Source: Sinorhizobium meliloti
Lineage (GTDB): Bacteria > Pseudomonadota > Alphaproteobacteria > Rhizobiales > Rhizobiaceae
NCBI RefSeq assembly: GCF_017876815.1
Contig: NZ_JAGIOS010000002.1
Coordinates: 990,001-1,022,000 of the forward strand
DNA length: 32,000 nucleotides
Direction of reading: 5' to 3'
Shown: in pieces, positions 1 to 9,005 of the stretch
How the letters are laid out: each line of letters opens with the position of its first letter
Numbering within the stretch: position 1 is the stretch's first letter
Program-made: the position numbers and the translations under genes
Notes under the pieces: generated by a model
Database searches by the model: none
The model's input: only the letters and a program-made list of their open reading frames with translations
Told to the model about the DNA's origin: nothing

Positions 1-400
1 GGACGCCTATGTTTCCTTTGTGCGTGAGAAGCCGCTGCTCGAGGCGGTGGCCTCCTCGCTGACGGAGCTTTTTGCGCCGAAGATCCACTCGGAGCGCATT
101 GCCGGGCTGCTGGAGCACTACGCCTTCGCCGATGACGCCGCACTCGCCTATTTCCGCCAGAGGCTGGCGGAGGCGCCCCGGGATGTCGAGTTCGGCCTCG
201 CCTATGTCCTTGACCATGCCGACACGCGGGAAAAGCAGGACGCGGCCGCTCAGGCACTCACCTTCAAGACGGATGTTCTCTGGGCCCAGCTCGATGCACT
301 TTATTCGGCCTATGTCACGCCGGGGCGCATTCCGCCGGGGGCCTGGGACGGCCGGGAGGGGGTGATCCGCGAGCCGAGAGCGCGGGAGGCCGCGGAATGA
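1..400 (+). CDS. pqqC: Pyrroloquinoline-quinone synthase PqqC, C-terminal part (5' end upstream of window; codons phased from nt 2)
   Basis: Translation DAYVSFVREKPLLEAVASSLTELFAP...DVLWAQLDALYSAYV resembles PqqC C-termini. Stop TGA 398-400 overlaps the pqqD ATG (ATGA). pqqD and pqqE follow in canonical order. Confidence 0.9.
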   Translation, partial: DAYVSFVREKPLLEAVASSLTELFAPKIHSERIAGLLEHYAFADDAALAYFRQRLAEAPRDVEFGLAYVLDHADTREKQDAAAQALTFKTDVLWAQLDALYSAYVTPGRIPPGAWDGREGVIREPRAREAAE

Positions 401-693
401 CGGCCGACGCGCCCGTGATTTCAGGATCGAGCGTCGTCAAGCTGGCACGAGGGGTCCGGCTGCATGAGGATCCGGTCCGCGGCCAGACAGTGCTGCTGGC
501 TCCGGAGCGCGCCATGGCCGTGGACGACATCGCCGTCGCCATCGTTCAGGCTCTCGATGGCGAACGGAACCTCGACCGGATCGCCGCCGACTTTGCCGAG
601 AAGTTCGACGCCCCCGTCGAAGAGATCGCCGAGGATGTCAGGACTTTCGTCCAGGAGCTCTCCGTCCGCCGCATGCTGGAGATCGTCCAATGA
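397..693 (+). CDS. pqqD: PQQ biosynthesis peptide chaperone PqqD (98 aa)
   Basis: Small acidic protein (..LHEDPVRGQTVLLAPERAM..LDGERNLDRIAADFAEKFDAP..) between pqqC and pqqE. ATGA overlaps at both ends (397-400, 690-693). Confidence 0.9.
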   Translation: MTADAPVISGSSVVKLARGVRLHEDPVRGQTVLLAPERAMAVDDIAVAIVQALDGERNLDRIAADFAEKFDAPVEEIAEDVRTFVQELSVRRMLEIVQ

Positions 694-1817
694 GCGACAC
701 TATCGCCCGGCCAGCCGAAACTGCCCGCACCTTGCCGCGCATTCTTCCGCCGATGGCCATGCTGGCGGAACTGACGCATCGCTGCCCGCTCGCCTGCCCC
801 TATTGCTCCAATCCGATCGCCCTGACGCAAGCCAAGGAAGAACTATCGACAGAGGAGTGGACAGGCGTCTTCGCGCAAGCCGCCGATCTCGGCGTCCTGC
901 ATCTGCACCTGTCCGGCGGGGAGCCTGCCGCGCGTCGGGACCTTGTCGAAGTGACGCAGGCGGCGAGTTCGCTCGGCCTTTACACCAACCTGATCACCTC
1001 CGGCGTGGGACTGACGGAGGCGAGGATGAACAGCCTCGCCGATGCCGGACTCGACCATATCCAACTTTCCATCCAGGGCGTTTCTCCCGAAAGCGCCGAT
1101 CGGATCGGCGGGTACAAAGGCGGTTATGAACGGAAAATGGCGGTTGCAGGCTGGGCGGCCGATGCCGCTATACCGCTGACGCTGAACGCCGTCTGCCACA
1201 GGCAGAACATGGGCGAGATCGATGAGATGATTGAGCTGGCTATCCGGCTGAAGGCGCGCCGCATCGAAGTCGCCACCGTGCAGTTTCACGGTTGGGCCGA
1301 GCGCAACAAAGAGGTTCTCATGCCGACCCGCGAGCAGGTCGAATGCGCTACGCGAAGCGTCGCCGAAGCACGCGAGAAATATCAGGGCATATTGGTGATC
1401 GACTATGTGCCCGCCGATTATTATTCGAAGTATCCGAAGGCCTGCATGGGCGGCTGGGGCCGCGTCGGCTTGAACATCACGCCGTCCGGGCGGGTGCTTC
1501 CATGCCATGCCGCCGAAACCATTCCGAGCCTCTCTTTCGAGAACGTGCGCGAAAACTCGCTTTCCAGCATCTGGTACGAGAGCAATGCGTTCAATGCCTA
1601 TCGCGGCGAGGACTGGATGCCGGAGCTCTGTCGGAGCTGCGAGCGCAAGAAGGTGGATTTCGGCGGCTGCCGCTGCCAGGCGATGGCGCTTGCCGGCGAC
1701 GCGAGCGCAACGGACCCGGTTTGCATCCGGTCTCCGCTTCGCGATCGCCTGACGCTCGAAGTGGAACAGCTTTCGGCACCGTCGGTCGTGCCGATGAATT
1801 ATCGCGGCCGGGCATAA
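690..1817 (+). CDS. pqqE: PQQ biosynthesis radical-SAM enzyme PqqE (375 aa)
   Basis: N-terminal radical-SAM motif CPLACPYCSN (CxxxCxxC). C-terminal SPASM-like Cys cluster (CRSCERKKVDFGGCRCQA). Operon position after pqqD. Confidence 0.95.
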   Translation: MSDTIARPAETARTLPRILPPMAMLAELTHRCPLACPYCSNPIALTQAKEELSTEEWTGVFAQAADLGVLHLHLSGGEPAARRDLVEVTQAASSLGLYTNLITSGVGLTEARMNSLADAGLDHIQLSIQGVSPESADRIGGYKGGYERKMAVAGWAADAAIPLTLNAVCHRQNMGEIDEMIELAIRLKARRIEVATVQFHGWAERNKEVLMPTREQVECATRSVAEAREKYQGILVIDYVPADYYSKYPKACMGGWGRVGLNITPSGRVLPCHAAETIPSLSFENVRENSLSSIWYESNAFNAYRGEDWMPELCRSCERKKVDFGGCRCQAMALAGDASATDPVCIRSPLRDRLTLEVEQLSAPSVVPMNYRGRA

Positions 1818-1833
1818 CCGTTAACGGTGTCGG

Positions 1834-1865
1834 CACGCTTCACCGGTTGGAAACGGTGAAGCGTG
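1834..1865. terminator. Bidirectional hairpin between convergent pqqE and the tautomerase gene
   Basis: Perfect 12-bp stem cacgcttcaccg (1834-1845) / cggtgaagcgtg (1854-1865) with an 8-nt loop, in a 68-bp convergent intergenic gap. Confidence 0.6.
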
Positions 1866-1885
1866 GCGGGCAGATTTTGCCGGCT

Positions 1886-2125
1886 TCAGGATCGGGCCGT
1901 CTCGTCGCGCTGCCGGCGGAATTGCACTGTCGGGAGGCCACCCCAGCCCCAGTTATCGAGCTCGACTTCCTCGATAACCACATAGGTGGATTCGAGCGGC
2001 TTGTTCAGGACATCAAGGAGCACTTCGCTGACGCCCTTGATGATCGCGGCCTTCTCCTCTGCGGTGACCGAGTTGCGGCCGGGTGCGCTTCCCTCGCGGG
2101 TAACCTGTACGGTGACGATAGGCAT
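1886..2125 (-). CDS. 4-oxalocrotonate tautomerase family protein (79 aa)
   Basis: Begins MPIVTVQV (catalytic Pro1 signature of the 4-OT superfamily). Size about 80 aa. SD AGGAG upstream of ATG 2125. Confidence 0.8.
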   Translation of the reverse strand: MPIVTVQVTREGSAPGRNSVTAEEKAAIIKGVSEVLLDVLNKPLESTYVVIEEVELDNWGWGGLPTVQFRRQRDETARS

Positions 2126-2179
2126 GACAGTCTCCTTTGCGGCTTTGGTTCGTGTTTCGTCGCGGGGCCGATATGCCGT

Positions 2180-2893
2180 TTACCAGCGTCCGGCGTTCTG
2201 ACCGCCGTCGACATGGAGGATCTCGCCCGTGATGAATCCCGCATGTTCGAGGTAGAGGACGGCATCCACGACGTCGCGAATTTCGCCCATCCGGCCGACC
2301 GGGTGCAGGCCGGCGAGCGTCGAATGGGTCTCAGCCGGATGCATCGGGGTCTTGATTACCCCGGGGGAAACCGCGTTGACGCGAACGCCGCTTCTGGAAA
2401 ACTCCATCGCCAGCGACCGGGTCACCGCGTTCAGGCCACCCTTGGTGAGCGACGCGAGCGCTGAGGGCATGCCCACCATCGGCTGATCGACGAGGCTGGT
2501 GGTGATGCTGACAATATGACCCGAACCCTGCTTCAGCATTTCCGCCGCGGCTCGCTGGGTGATGTGGAAGAAGCCGGCGACGTTCACCCCGAGATTGTGG
2601 TCGTAATCCTCCTGGGTCATCTCGACGAACGGCTTGGCGAGGAAAACGCCGGCATTGTTCACCAGAGAGTCGATGCGGCCGAAGCGCTCGATTCCCTCGC
2701 GCACGATCCGGTCGGCGGTCTCCGGTTTGCTGATGTCGCCGGCGACGGTATGGATATCCGGGTCGGCGCTCGGCTTGATGGACCGGGAGGTCGCGACGAC
2801 GCGGTAGTTCCGGTCACGATAGGCGCGAACCAGTCCGGCGCCGATGCCTTGGGAGGCGCCGGTGATGACGACGACTTTCTGTTGGTTACGCAT
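2180..2893 (-). CDS. Short-chain dehydrogenase/reductase (SDR), 237 aa
   Basis: VVVITGASQGIGAGL (TGxxxGxG), NNAG motif, SPGVIKTPM. Start re-set to ATG 2893 (MRNQQK..) with SD AAAGGA; the tracked 284-aa ORF has an implausible N-terminal extension. Confidence 0.85.
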   Translation of the reverse strand: MRNQQKVVVITGASQGIGAGLVRAYRDRNYRVVATSRSIKPSADPDIHTVAGDISKPETADRIVREGIERFGRIDSLVNNAGVFLAKPFVEMTQEDYDHNLGVNVAGFFHITQRAAAEMLKQGSGHIVSITTSLVDQPMVGMPSALASLTKGGLNAVTRSLAMEFSRSGVRVNAVSPGVIKTPMHPAETHSTLAGLHPVGRMGEIRDVVDAVLYLEHAGFITGEILHVDGGQNAGRW

Positions 2894-3034
2894 GATGTGA
2901 TCCTTTCTCGATTGCAGCGGCCGCTTCCTGCGTCCGCCCTCCGCCCTCGGCGTTGGTGCAATCGAAATTAGATCGATGCGTCTCTTGGGAGAATTGCCGC
3001 CATTTGATCGACACTCAACCGAATATCGGCACAA

Positions 3035-3967
3035 TCAGGTAAGCGTGCCAGCCTCCGCTGCCATGCGCGCAAATTCGGAGCGCAGACGCGGCGCCGCAAA
3101 GTCGACAAATGCGCGGACCTTGGGGACCGACATGCGGCCCTGCGGTGCGATGAGATGCGCCGGCAGGGGCGGATGCTCGGCATCGGCGAGCACGATTTCG
3201 AGGCGCCCGTCTCTTACATATTCCGCGACGTGATAGGAATAAAGCCGCGTCAGGCCGCGCCCGGCAGCCGCCGACGCGGCGGCGGCGCGCACGCTGTTGA
3301 CTATGCACCTCGGCGTAAACTGGATCGTTCTGGGGATGGAAGAGCCCTTCGCCGGTGTGAAGCTCCAGGCCTCCAGACCGAAATTGGTGAAGGCCAGGAT
3401 TTGGTGCTTGGCGAGATCGGCCGGTTCTCCGATGCGGGGGTGATTGGCGAGGTAGCGAGGCGAGGCGACTACGACGCGCCGCACATCGCCGCCGAGCCGG
3501 GTGGAGATGAGCGATGAATCCGCCAGTTGACCGATGCGCAGCGCAATGTCGACGCCTTCGTCCACCAGGTTGACGAAGCGATCGAGGAGAAGAAGGCGGA
3601 CCGAAACGGTCGGGTAGAGATCGAGGAAATCATCCAGGATGGGGCGAAGTATCTCCTCCCCCAGGATTGGTGGCGAGGAAATCGTCAACATCCCGCGAGG
3701 GGCGGAGCGTTCCCCTCCTGCGAGCATGTCCGCTTCCTCGAGATCGGTCAGTACCCGTCGGCAGGCGGCCGCATAGCGTTGGCCTGCTTCGCTCAGTTTG
3801 AGGGTGCGGGTCGTCCGATGCAGAAGCTCGACGCCCACATGCGCTTCCAGGAAGCTCAAGGCGCGGCTCACCGCCGTCGGCGAGCGCTTCAGGCGGCGGG
3901 CCGCCCCGGCGAGGCTGCCCTCGTCGATCGCCGCGACGAAAACTTTCATTGCATCGATGCGGTCCAT
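3035..3967 (-). CDS. LysR-family transcriptional regulator (310 aa)
   Basis: N-terminal HTH MDRIDAMKVFVAAIDEGSLAGAARRLKRSPTAVSRALSFLEAHVGVELLHRTTR, followed by a LysR substrate-binding-like domain. Start re-set to ATG 3967. Divergent from the DJ-1 gene. Confidence 0.9.
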   Translation of the reverse strand: MDRIDAMKVFVAAIDEGSLAGAARRLKRSPTAVSRALSFLEAHVGVELLHRTTRTLKLSEAGQRYAAACRRVLTDLEEADMLAGGERSAPRGMLTISSPPILGEEILRPILDDFLDLYPTVSVRLLLLDRFVNLVDEGVDIALRIGQLADSSLISTRLGGDVRRVVVASPRYLANHPRIGEPADLAKHQILAFTNFGLEAWSFTPAKGSSIPRTIQFTPRCIVNSVRAAAASAAAGRGLTRLYSYHVAEYVRDGRLEIVLADAEHPPLPAHLIAPQGRMSVPKVRAFVDFAAPRLRSEFARMAAEAGTLT

Positions 3968-4160
3968 ATTCTGCCGATCTCCGGGACAGTGACTGCTGTA
4001 GAGCGAGTATTCACCCCAAAACGGCAATACGCAATGATGGCAAAGCTGTACTGGCCGGCCATCCTGCGGGAGCCTCGCCAATATACGGTCACGGCTCGAG
4101 AATAGGCTGCGTATCCGCGCGATCCTGCGTTTGGAAACGCCTCAACGAAGGAGAATGACC

Positions 4161-4835
4161 ATGAAGATCCTGATGGTTCTGACTTCGCATGACCGGCTCG
4201 GCAACACGGGCAAGCCGACCGGCTTCTGGCTGGAGGAGTTTGCTGCGCCCTATTACGTGTTCAAGGACGCCGGGGCAGAAGTCACGCTCGCTTCGCCCAA
4301 GGGCGGCCAGCCGCCGATCGATCCCAAGAGCGACGAGCCAGCCAGCCAGACTGCAGCGATGGGGCGGTTCAAGGACGACCCCGCCGCCAGGAAAGCATTG
4401 GCAAATACTTTGAAGCTAGGTGAAGTCAAACAGGAGGACTACGACGCGGTGTTCTATCCGGGCGGACACGGTCCGATGTGGGACCTCGTCAATGACAGGA
4501 ATTCCATCGCCCTTATCGAAGGCTTCTACGACGCGGGCAAGCCGGTCGCCGCCGTCTGCCATGGCCCGGCTGTCCTGACGCAGGTCACTCATCTCGGCGA
4601 GCCCATCGTCAAGGGAAGGCGCGTCACGGGCTTCACCAATTCCGAAGAGGAGGCCGTTCAACTGACCGATGTCGTGCCCTTCCTGGTCGAAGACGAACTG
4701 AAGCGCCTCGGCGGGCGCTACGAGAAGGCCGAGGATTGGGCCGACTTCACGGTTGTGGACGGCAGGCTGGTCACCGGCCAGAACCCGTCTTCGTCCACTT
4801 CCGCCGCCAGCGAACTGCTGAAGCTTCTGCAGTAG
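4161..4835 (+). CDS. DJ-1/PfpI family (type-1 glutamine amidotransferase-like) protein, 224 aa
   Basis: MKILMVLTSHDRLGNTGKPTGFWLEEF.., nucleophile-elbow AAVCHGPAVL, C-terminal GRLVTGQNPSS. SD GAAGGAG 4147-4153 before ATG 4161. Confidence 0.85.
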   Translation: MKILMVLTSHDRLGNTGKPTGFWLEEFAAPYYVFKDAGAEVTLASPKGGQPPIDPKSDEPASQTAAMGRFKDDPAARKALANTLKLGEVKQEDYDAVFYPGGHGPMWDLVNDRNSIALIEGFYDAGKPVAAVCHGPAVLTQVTHLGEPIVKGRRVTGFTNSEEEAVQLTDVVPFLVEDELKRLGGRYEKAEDWADFTVVDGRLVTGQNPSSSTSAASELLKLLQ

Positions 4836-4861
4836 TCTTCCTCGTCGGGTGGCATGACGCT

Positions 4862-4886
4862 GCAGAAGGCCCGTGCGGCCTTCTGC
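4862..4886 (+). terminator. Hairpin downstream of the DJ-1 gene
   Basis: gcagaaggcc (4862-4871) / ggccttctgc (4877-4886), 10-bp stem with 5-nt loop, followed by aattcgat. Confidence 0.55.
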
Positions 4887-5007
4887 AATTCGATACAGAT
4901 CCCCTTGTTACGAGACACAATCGGGATACCTCGCTCTGGTCCCATGCTCCGCGTGTCAAGCGCGACCGCCGCCGCAAGAGGCGCAGGTCCAATGCAGAGG
5001 GACGAAA

Positions 5008-6756
5008 ATGATCCTTTTCACAATAGCTTATCTCGCAGGTGCGCTGACAATCCTCAGCCCCTGCATCCTCCCGGTCTTGCCTTTCGTGTTTTCGCGGGCC
5101 GGCCAGCCCTTCGCCAGGAGCGTTCTTCCGATGCTCATCGGCATGGTTCTCACATTCGCGGGCGTGGCCACACTCGCCGCGCTTGGTGGTGACTGGGCGG
5201 TACAGGCGAATGTGGCCGGGCGGTATGCGGCGATCGCAGTGCTGGCCGGTTTCGGCGTGACCCTGCTTTCGACGCGGGCCGCGGCCCTGTTCACTCGTCC
5301 GGCCGTCGCACTCGGCAGCCGGCTCTCACAAAAAATGGCCGGTCAGCCGCCGAGCGTCGGAGCGTCGCTCCTTCTCGGTGTTGCAACCGGACTTCTTTGG
5401 GCGCCCTGCGCGGGCCCAATTCTGGGCCTGGTGCTGACCGGCGCCGCCCTGCACGGTGCCAATGTCGAGACCACGCTTCTGCTGGCGGCTTATGCTGCCG
5501 GTGCGGCGACTTCGCTGGCCTTGGCCGTTCTTGCCGGAGGGAGAGTGTTTGCGGCGATGAAGCGCTCACTCGGCCTTGGCGAGCGGCTCCGGCAGGGCCT
5601 CGGCATTGCCGTGCTTGCAGGCGTTGCCGCAATCGCGCTCGGGCTCGATACGGGGCAGCTTGCGCGCCTCTCCTATGCAAGCACCGCGGCCATCGAGCAG
5701 TCGCTCCTCGACGGTGTGCGGGGCGACTCCGTCGAGGACAGGGCGTCAACTGCCGTCGGCGGCGAGGGACCGGCCTACCGCAGCGACTTGCCGGTGGAAG
5801 GCATGTTCCCGCCGCTGGACGGCGCCGTCGAGTGGGTCAACTCGAAGCCTTTGAGCGTGGAACAGCTGCGCGGCAAGGTCGTTCTCGTCGATTTCTGGAC
5901 CTACTCCTGCATCAACTGCATCCGTACGATCCCCTATGTCCGCGCCTGGGCCGAGAAGTATCGGGACCAGGGGCTGGTGGTGATCGGCGTGCATGCGCCT
6001 GAATTCGCCTTCGAAAAGCGCATCGCCAACGTCAGGAGCGCAGTGACGGATTTCGATATCCGCTATCCCGTTGCGATCGACAACGATTTCGCGATCTGGC
6101 GCGCCTTCGGCAACAGCTACTGGCCCGCGCACTATTTCATCGATGCAGAAGGACGGATCAGACACCATCACTTCGGCGAGGGCGATTATGCGCGGTCGGA
6201 GCGCGTCATACAGGAGCTGCTGGCGGAAGCGGCGGGGAGCCGCCGCGGCGACAATGGTTTCGTGCAGCCGGATGCGACGGGTGCCGAAGCCGCGCCCGAT
6301 CTCGCCAATCTCCAGTCCGGCGAGGATTATGTCGGCTACATGCGTGCTTCGAACTTCGTGTCGCCGGAGCGTGTCGCAGCCGATGCGGCGCACGAGTATA
6401 CCGCCGGCGAGCCTCGGCTCAATCAATGGAGCCTCGCCGGCAACTGGACGGTTGGTGCAGAGCAGGCGACACTCAATCGCGCCGGGGGCGCAATCACCTA
6501 CAGGTTCAGCGCGCGCGATCTGCACCTTGTCCTCGGCCCTGGGGAAAACGGCAGGAGGGTGCGCTTTCAGGTGAAGGTCGACGGTGCTGCACCGGGCCCG
6601 GATCACGGTTCGGACATTGATTCCGACGGCTATGGAACGGTGGGAGAGACGCGCCTCTATCAGCTCGTACGGCAGTCGGGGGAGGTGCGGGAACGAACGT
6701 TCGAGATCCGCTTTCTCGAACCCGGCGTCGAAGCATTCGTTTTTACGTTCGGATGA
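5008..6756 (+). CDS. DipZ-like fusion: CcdA/DsbD-type thiol-disulfide transporter, TlpA-like thioredoxin domain and a C-terminal beta-rich domain (582 aa)
   Basis: Membrane domain with the two conserved Cys (LSPCILP, WAPCAGP). Redoxin domain with CxxC (FWTYSCINCIRT). Start re-set to ATG 5008 (MILFTIAYLAG..) behind SD GAGGGA. Confidence 0.85.
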   Translation: MILFTIAYLAGALTILSPCILPVLPFVFSRAGQPFARSVLPMLIGMVLTFAGVATLAALGGDWAVQANVAGRYAAIAVLAGFGVTLLSTRAAALFTRPAVALGSRLSQKMAGQPPSVGASLLLGVATGLLWAPCAGPILGLVLTGAALHGANVETTLLLAAYAAGAATSLALAVLAGGRVFAAMKRSLGLGERLRQGLGIAVLAGVAAIALGLDTGQLARLSYASTAAIEQSLLDGVRGDSVEDRASTAVGGEGPAYRSDLPVEGMFPPLDGAVEWVNSKPLSVEQLRGKVVLVDFWTYSCINCIRTIPYVRAWAEKYRDQGLVVIGVHAPEFAFEKRIANVRSAVTDFDIRYPVAIDNDFAIWRAFGNSYWPAHYFIDAEGRIRHHHFGEGDYARSERVIQELLAEAAGSRRGDNGFVQPDATGAEAAPDLANLQSGEDYVGYMRASNFVSPERVAADAAHEYTAGEPRLNQWSLAGNWTVGAEQATLNRAGGAITYRFSARDLHLVLGPGENGRRVRFQVKVDGAAPGPDHGSDIDSDGYGTVGETRLYQLVRQSGEVRERTFEIRFLEPGVEAFVFTFG

Positions 6757-7018
6757 AGAAGAGGAGAGTTCATGCACATTCCTGTAACCGGCTTTACCTC
6801 GTGGTACTGGCACCTGCGCCTGGGATACGGATCCACGCGAACCGTCGAGATTGCCGCCCTCTTCGCCGCCCCAGCACCTCCAGCGGCATCCGCGCGGCGT
6901 TGACGGCGACATTCCGTCCATGCTGTACTCTATGTCCTAGATTGACGGATTTACGTCATTTGAGACATTGCGGTTTCACCCTACTATCGAGGCTCAAACC
7001 AACCGATTGGAGCCTCAC

Positions 7019-7822
7019 ATGACCCAGCATTCAAAAGGCACCGCGCTCGTTACCGGCGCTTCCTCCGGCATCGGTGCGATCTATGCCGATCGCTTGGCGC
7101 GCCGGGGATATGATCTGATCCTCGTCGCCCGAAACCAGACCCGCCTCGATGAACTGGCCAGGCGTCTTACCGACGACACCGGGCGCTCCGTCGAAGTCGT
7201 GGCAGCGGACCTTCGCAAGAGGACCGACGCCGCACGCATCGAGAAGGTGCTACGCACCGATGCCAGCATCACCATGCTGGTCAACAATGCCGGCGTCGGT
7301 GCAACCGGGCCATTGCTCGCCTCGGATGTCGACAAAATGGAGGAGATGATCGCGCTCAACGTCAACGCGCTGACGCGGCTGACCTATGCCGCCGTGCCTG
7401 GCTTCGTAGCACGCGGCTCGGGTGCGATCATAAATATTGCTTCGATCGTCGGGATCGCGCCGGAAGTGCTGAACGGCGTGTACAGAGGAAGCAAAGCGTT
7501 CGTCCTCGCCTTCACGCTGTCGCTTCAAAAGGAGCTTGAAGGCAGGAACATCCGCATACAGGCCGTTCTCCCTGGCGCGACGGCCACCGACTTCTGGGGA
7601 ATTGCCGGCACACCTGTCGAGCATTTGCCGAACGAGATCGTCATGCCCGCCGAGGATATGGTCGACGCCGCGCTCGTGGGCTTCGATCTCGGTGAACCGA
7701 TCACCATTCCATCGCTTCCCGACGCTGCCGATTGGGAGGCCTATGAAGCGGCGCGCCAGAAGCTCGTCCCGAACCTCTCTCTCAGTGTTCCCGCCGCGCG
7801 GTATCGGGCTGCGGCTGCATAG
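7019..7822 (+). CDS. Short-chain dehydrogenase/reductase (267 aa)
   Basis: ALVTGASSGIGAIYA (TGxxxGxG), NNAG, catalytic YRGSK (YxxxK). ATG 7019 behind GGAG. Confidence 0.85.
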   Translation: MTQHSKGTALVTGASSGIGAIYADRLARRGYDLILVARNQTRLDELARRLTDDTGRSVEVVAADLRKRTDAARIEKVLRTDASITMLVNNAGVGATGPLLASDVDKMEEMIALNVNALTRLTYAAVPGFVARGSGAIINIASIVGIAPEVLNGVYRGSKAFVLAFTLSLQKELEGRNIRIQAVLPGATATDFWGIAGTPVEHLPNEIVMPAEDMVDAALVGFDLGEPITIPSLPDAADWEAYEAARQKLVPNLSLSVPAARYRAAAA

Positions 7823-7917
7823 CGCTGCCCATACTGTGGCGGGTCGAGAAGTCCGTGTAGCGGTTTATCTCCTGCGCGAATATCGTGCGCAGGAGAATTC
7901 CAGCAAGGAAGTCGCCC

Positions 7918-8865
7918 ATGCATAGAATCGGCTTTGTCGTTTTCCCGCGATTCCAGCTCATGGGTTTTGCGGCAGTAACCGCCTTCGAGATGGCGAACCT
8001 CGCCCTTGGCGAGACGGTCTACGAGATAGAACTGCTTTCCGAAGCCGGCGGCGAGGTCAAGTCGTCCGCCGGCTTCGGTGTCCTTACGAAGACTTTCGAT
8101 CATACCGCTTACGACACTGTGATGTTCGGCGCCGGCGTGCAGATCGAGCCGATGACACCAGGTCTGGTGGAGTTCGCGCGTCGTTCCTTCGAGACCGCAA
8201 GGCGGGTGGCGGCGCCGTGCACCGGCGCCTTCGTCCTTGCCGAATCCGGACTACTGGACGGACGTCGGGCGACGACGCATTGGGCCTTTGCGCGCCAGCT
8301 GCAGGATCGCTTCCCGGCCGTTAAAGTCGAGGAAGACCGGATCTTCATCGTCGACGGAAGCGTGTGGACATCGGCCGGAATGACGGCGAGCATCGATCTC
8401 GCACTCGCGATGATCGAGAAGGACTACGGCCAGGGCGTCGCTCGCTCGGTCGCCCGCAAGCTGGTCGTCTATCACCGGCGTGCCGGCGGCCAATCGCAGT
8501 TCTCGGCATTGCTCGAGTTGGAACCGAAGTCCGACCGTATCCAAAGGTCGATCGATTACGCCAAGGCGAACCTCCGGCGGGGGTTGTCGGTGGAGGAACT
8601 GGCCGATGCGGCGGGCCTGAGCGCCCGCCAATTCAGCCGTGCCTTCCGCGCCGAAACAGGGCAGTCGCCTGCCAAGGCGGTGGAGACTCTCCGAGTCGAG
8701 GCGGCTCGGCTGATGATGGAGCAGGGCCGGCACTCGATGGACGTGATTGCGGAGGAAACCGGTTTCGCCATTGCCGATCGCATGCGCCGGGCCTTTCTCC
8801 GCACGCTCGGGCAGCCGCCTCAGACGATCCGCCGGAACGCCCGCGAGAGCGCGTCGGTGCCGTGA
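7918..8865 (+). CDS. GlxA-family regulator (N-terminal DJ-1/PfpI-like domain fused to AraC-type HTH), 315 aa
   Basis: MHRIGFVVFPRFQLMGF.., APCTGAFVLAESGLLDGRRATTHW. C-terminal AraC HTH (LSVEELADAAGLSARQFSRAFRAETGQSPAKAVETLRVEAAR). SD AAGGAAG before ATG 7918. Confidence 0.85.
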   Translation: MHRIGFVVFPRFQLMGFAAVTAFEMANLALGETVYEIELLSEAGGEVKSSAGFGVLTKTFDHTAYDTVMFGAGVQIEPMTPGLVEFARRSFETARRVAAPCTGAFVLAESGLLDGRRATTHWAFARQLQDRFPAVKVEEDRIFIVDGSVWTSAGMTASIDLALAMIEKDYGQGVARSVARKLVVYHRRAGGQSQFSALLELEPKSDRIQRSIDYAKANLRRGLSVEELADAAGLSARQFSRAFRAETGQSPAKAVETLRVEAARLMMEQGRHSMDVIAEETGFAIADRMRRAFLRTLGQPPQTIRRNARESASVP

Positions 8866-8902
8866 GGTCTGGCGCGAGTGAATTGTAGCCTACTGTATCG
8901 GC

Positions 8903-8923
8903 GCCCGTGAACTGTACACGGGC
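8903..8923 (+). terminator. Hairpin plus T-rich tail after the GlxA-family gene
   Basis: gcccgtg (8903-8909) / cacgggc (8917-8923), 7-nt loop, followed by tttcaatt. Confidence 0.5.
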
Positions 8924-9005
8924 TTTCAATTGCAGTCGGGCGGGCTCACAATCGAGATACATGACCATCGCATTCCGCAGCTGTGGTTCACACAGGAGAA
9001 GTTCG

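Noticed and set aside
1292-2464. 390-aa plus-strand ORF spanning the pqqE 3' end through the SDR region
   Set aside because: It is out of frame with pqqE, reads through the terminator hairpin, and runs antisense to the tautomerase and SDR genes. Low-complexity Arg-rich translation.
5746-6921. 391-aa minus-strand ORF
   Set aside because: Antisense to the DipZ-like gene, whose membrane Cys and CxxC motifs are unambiguous. No recognisable features.
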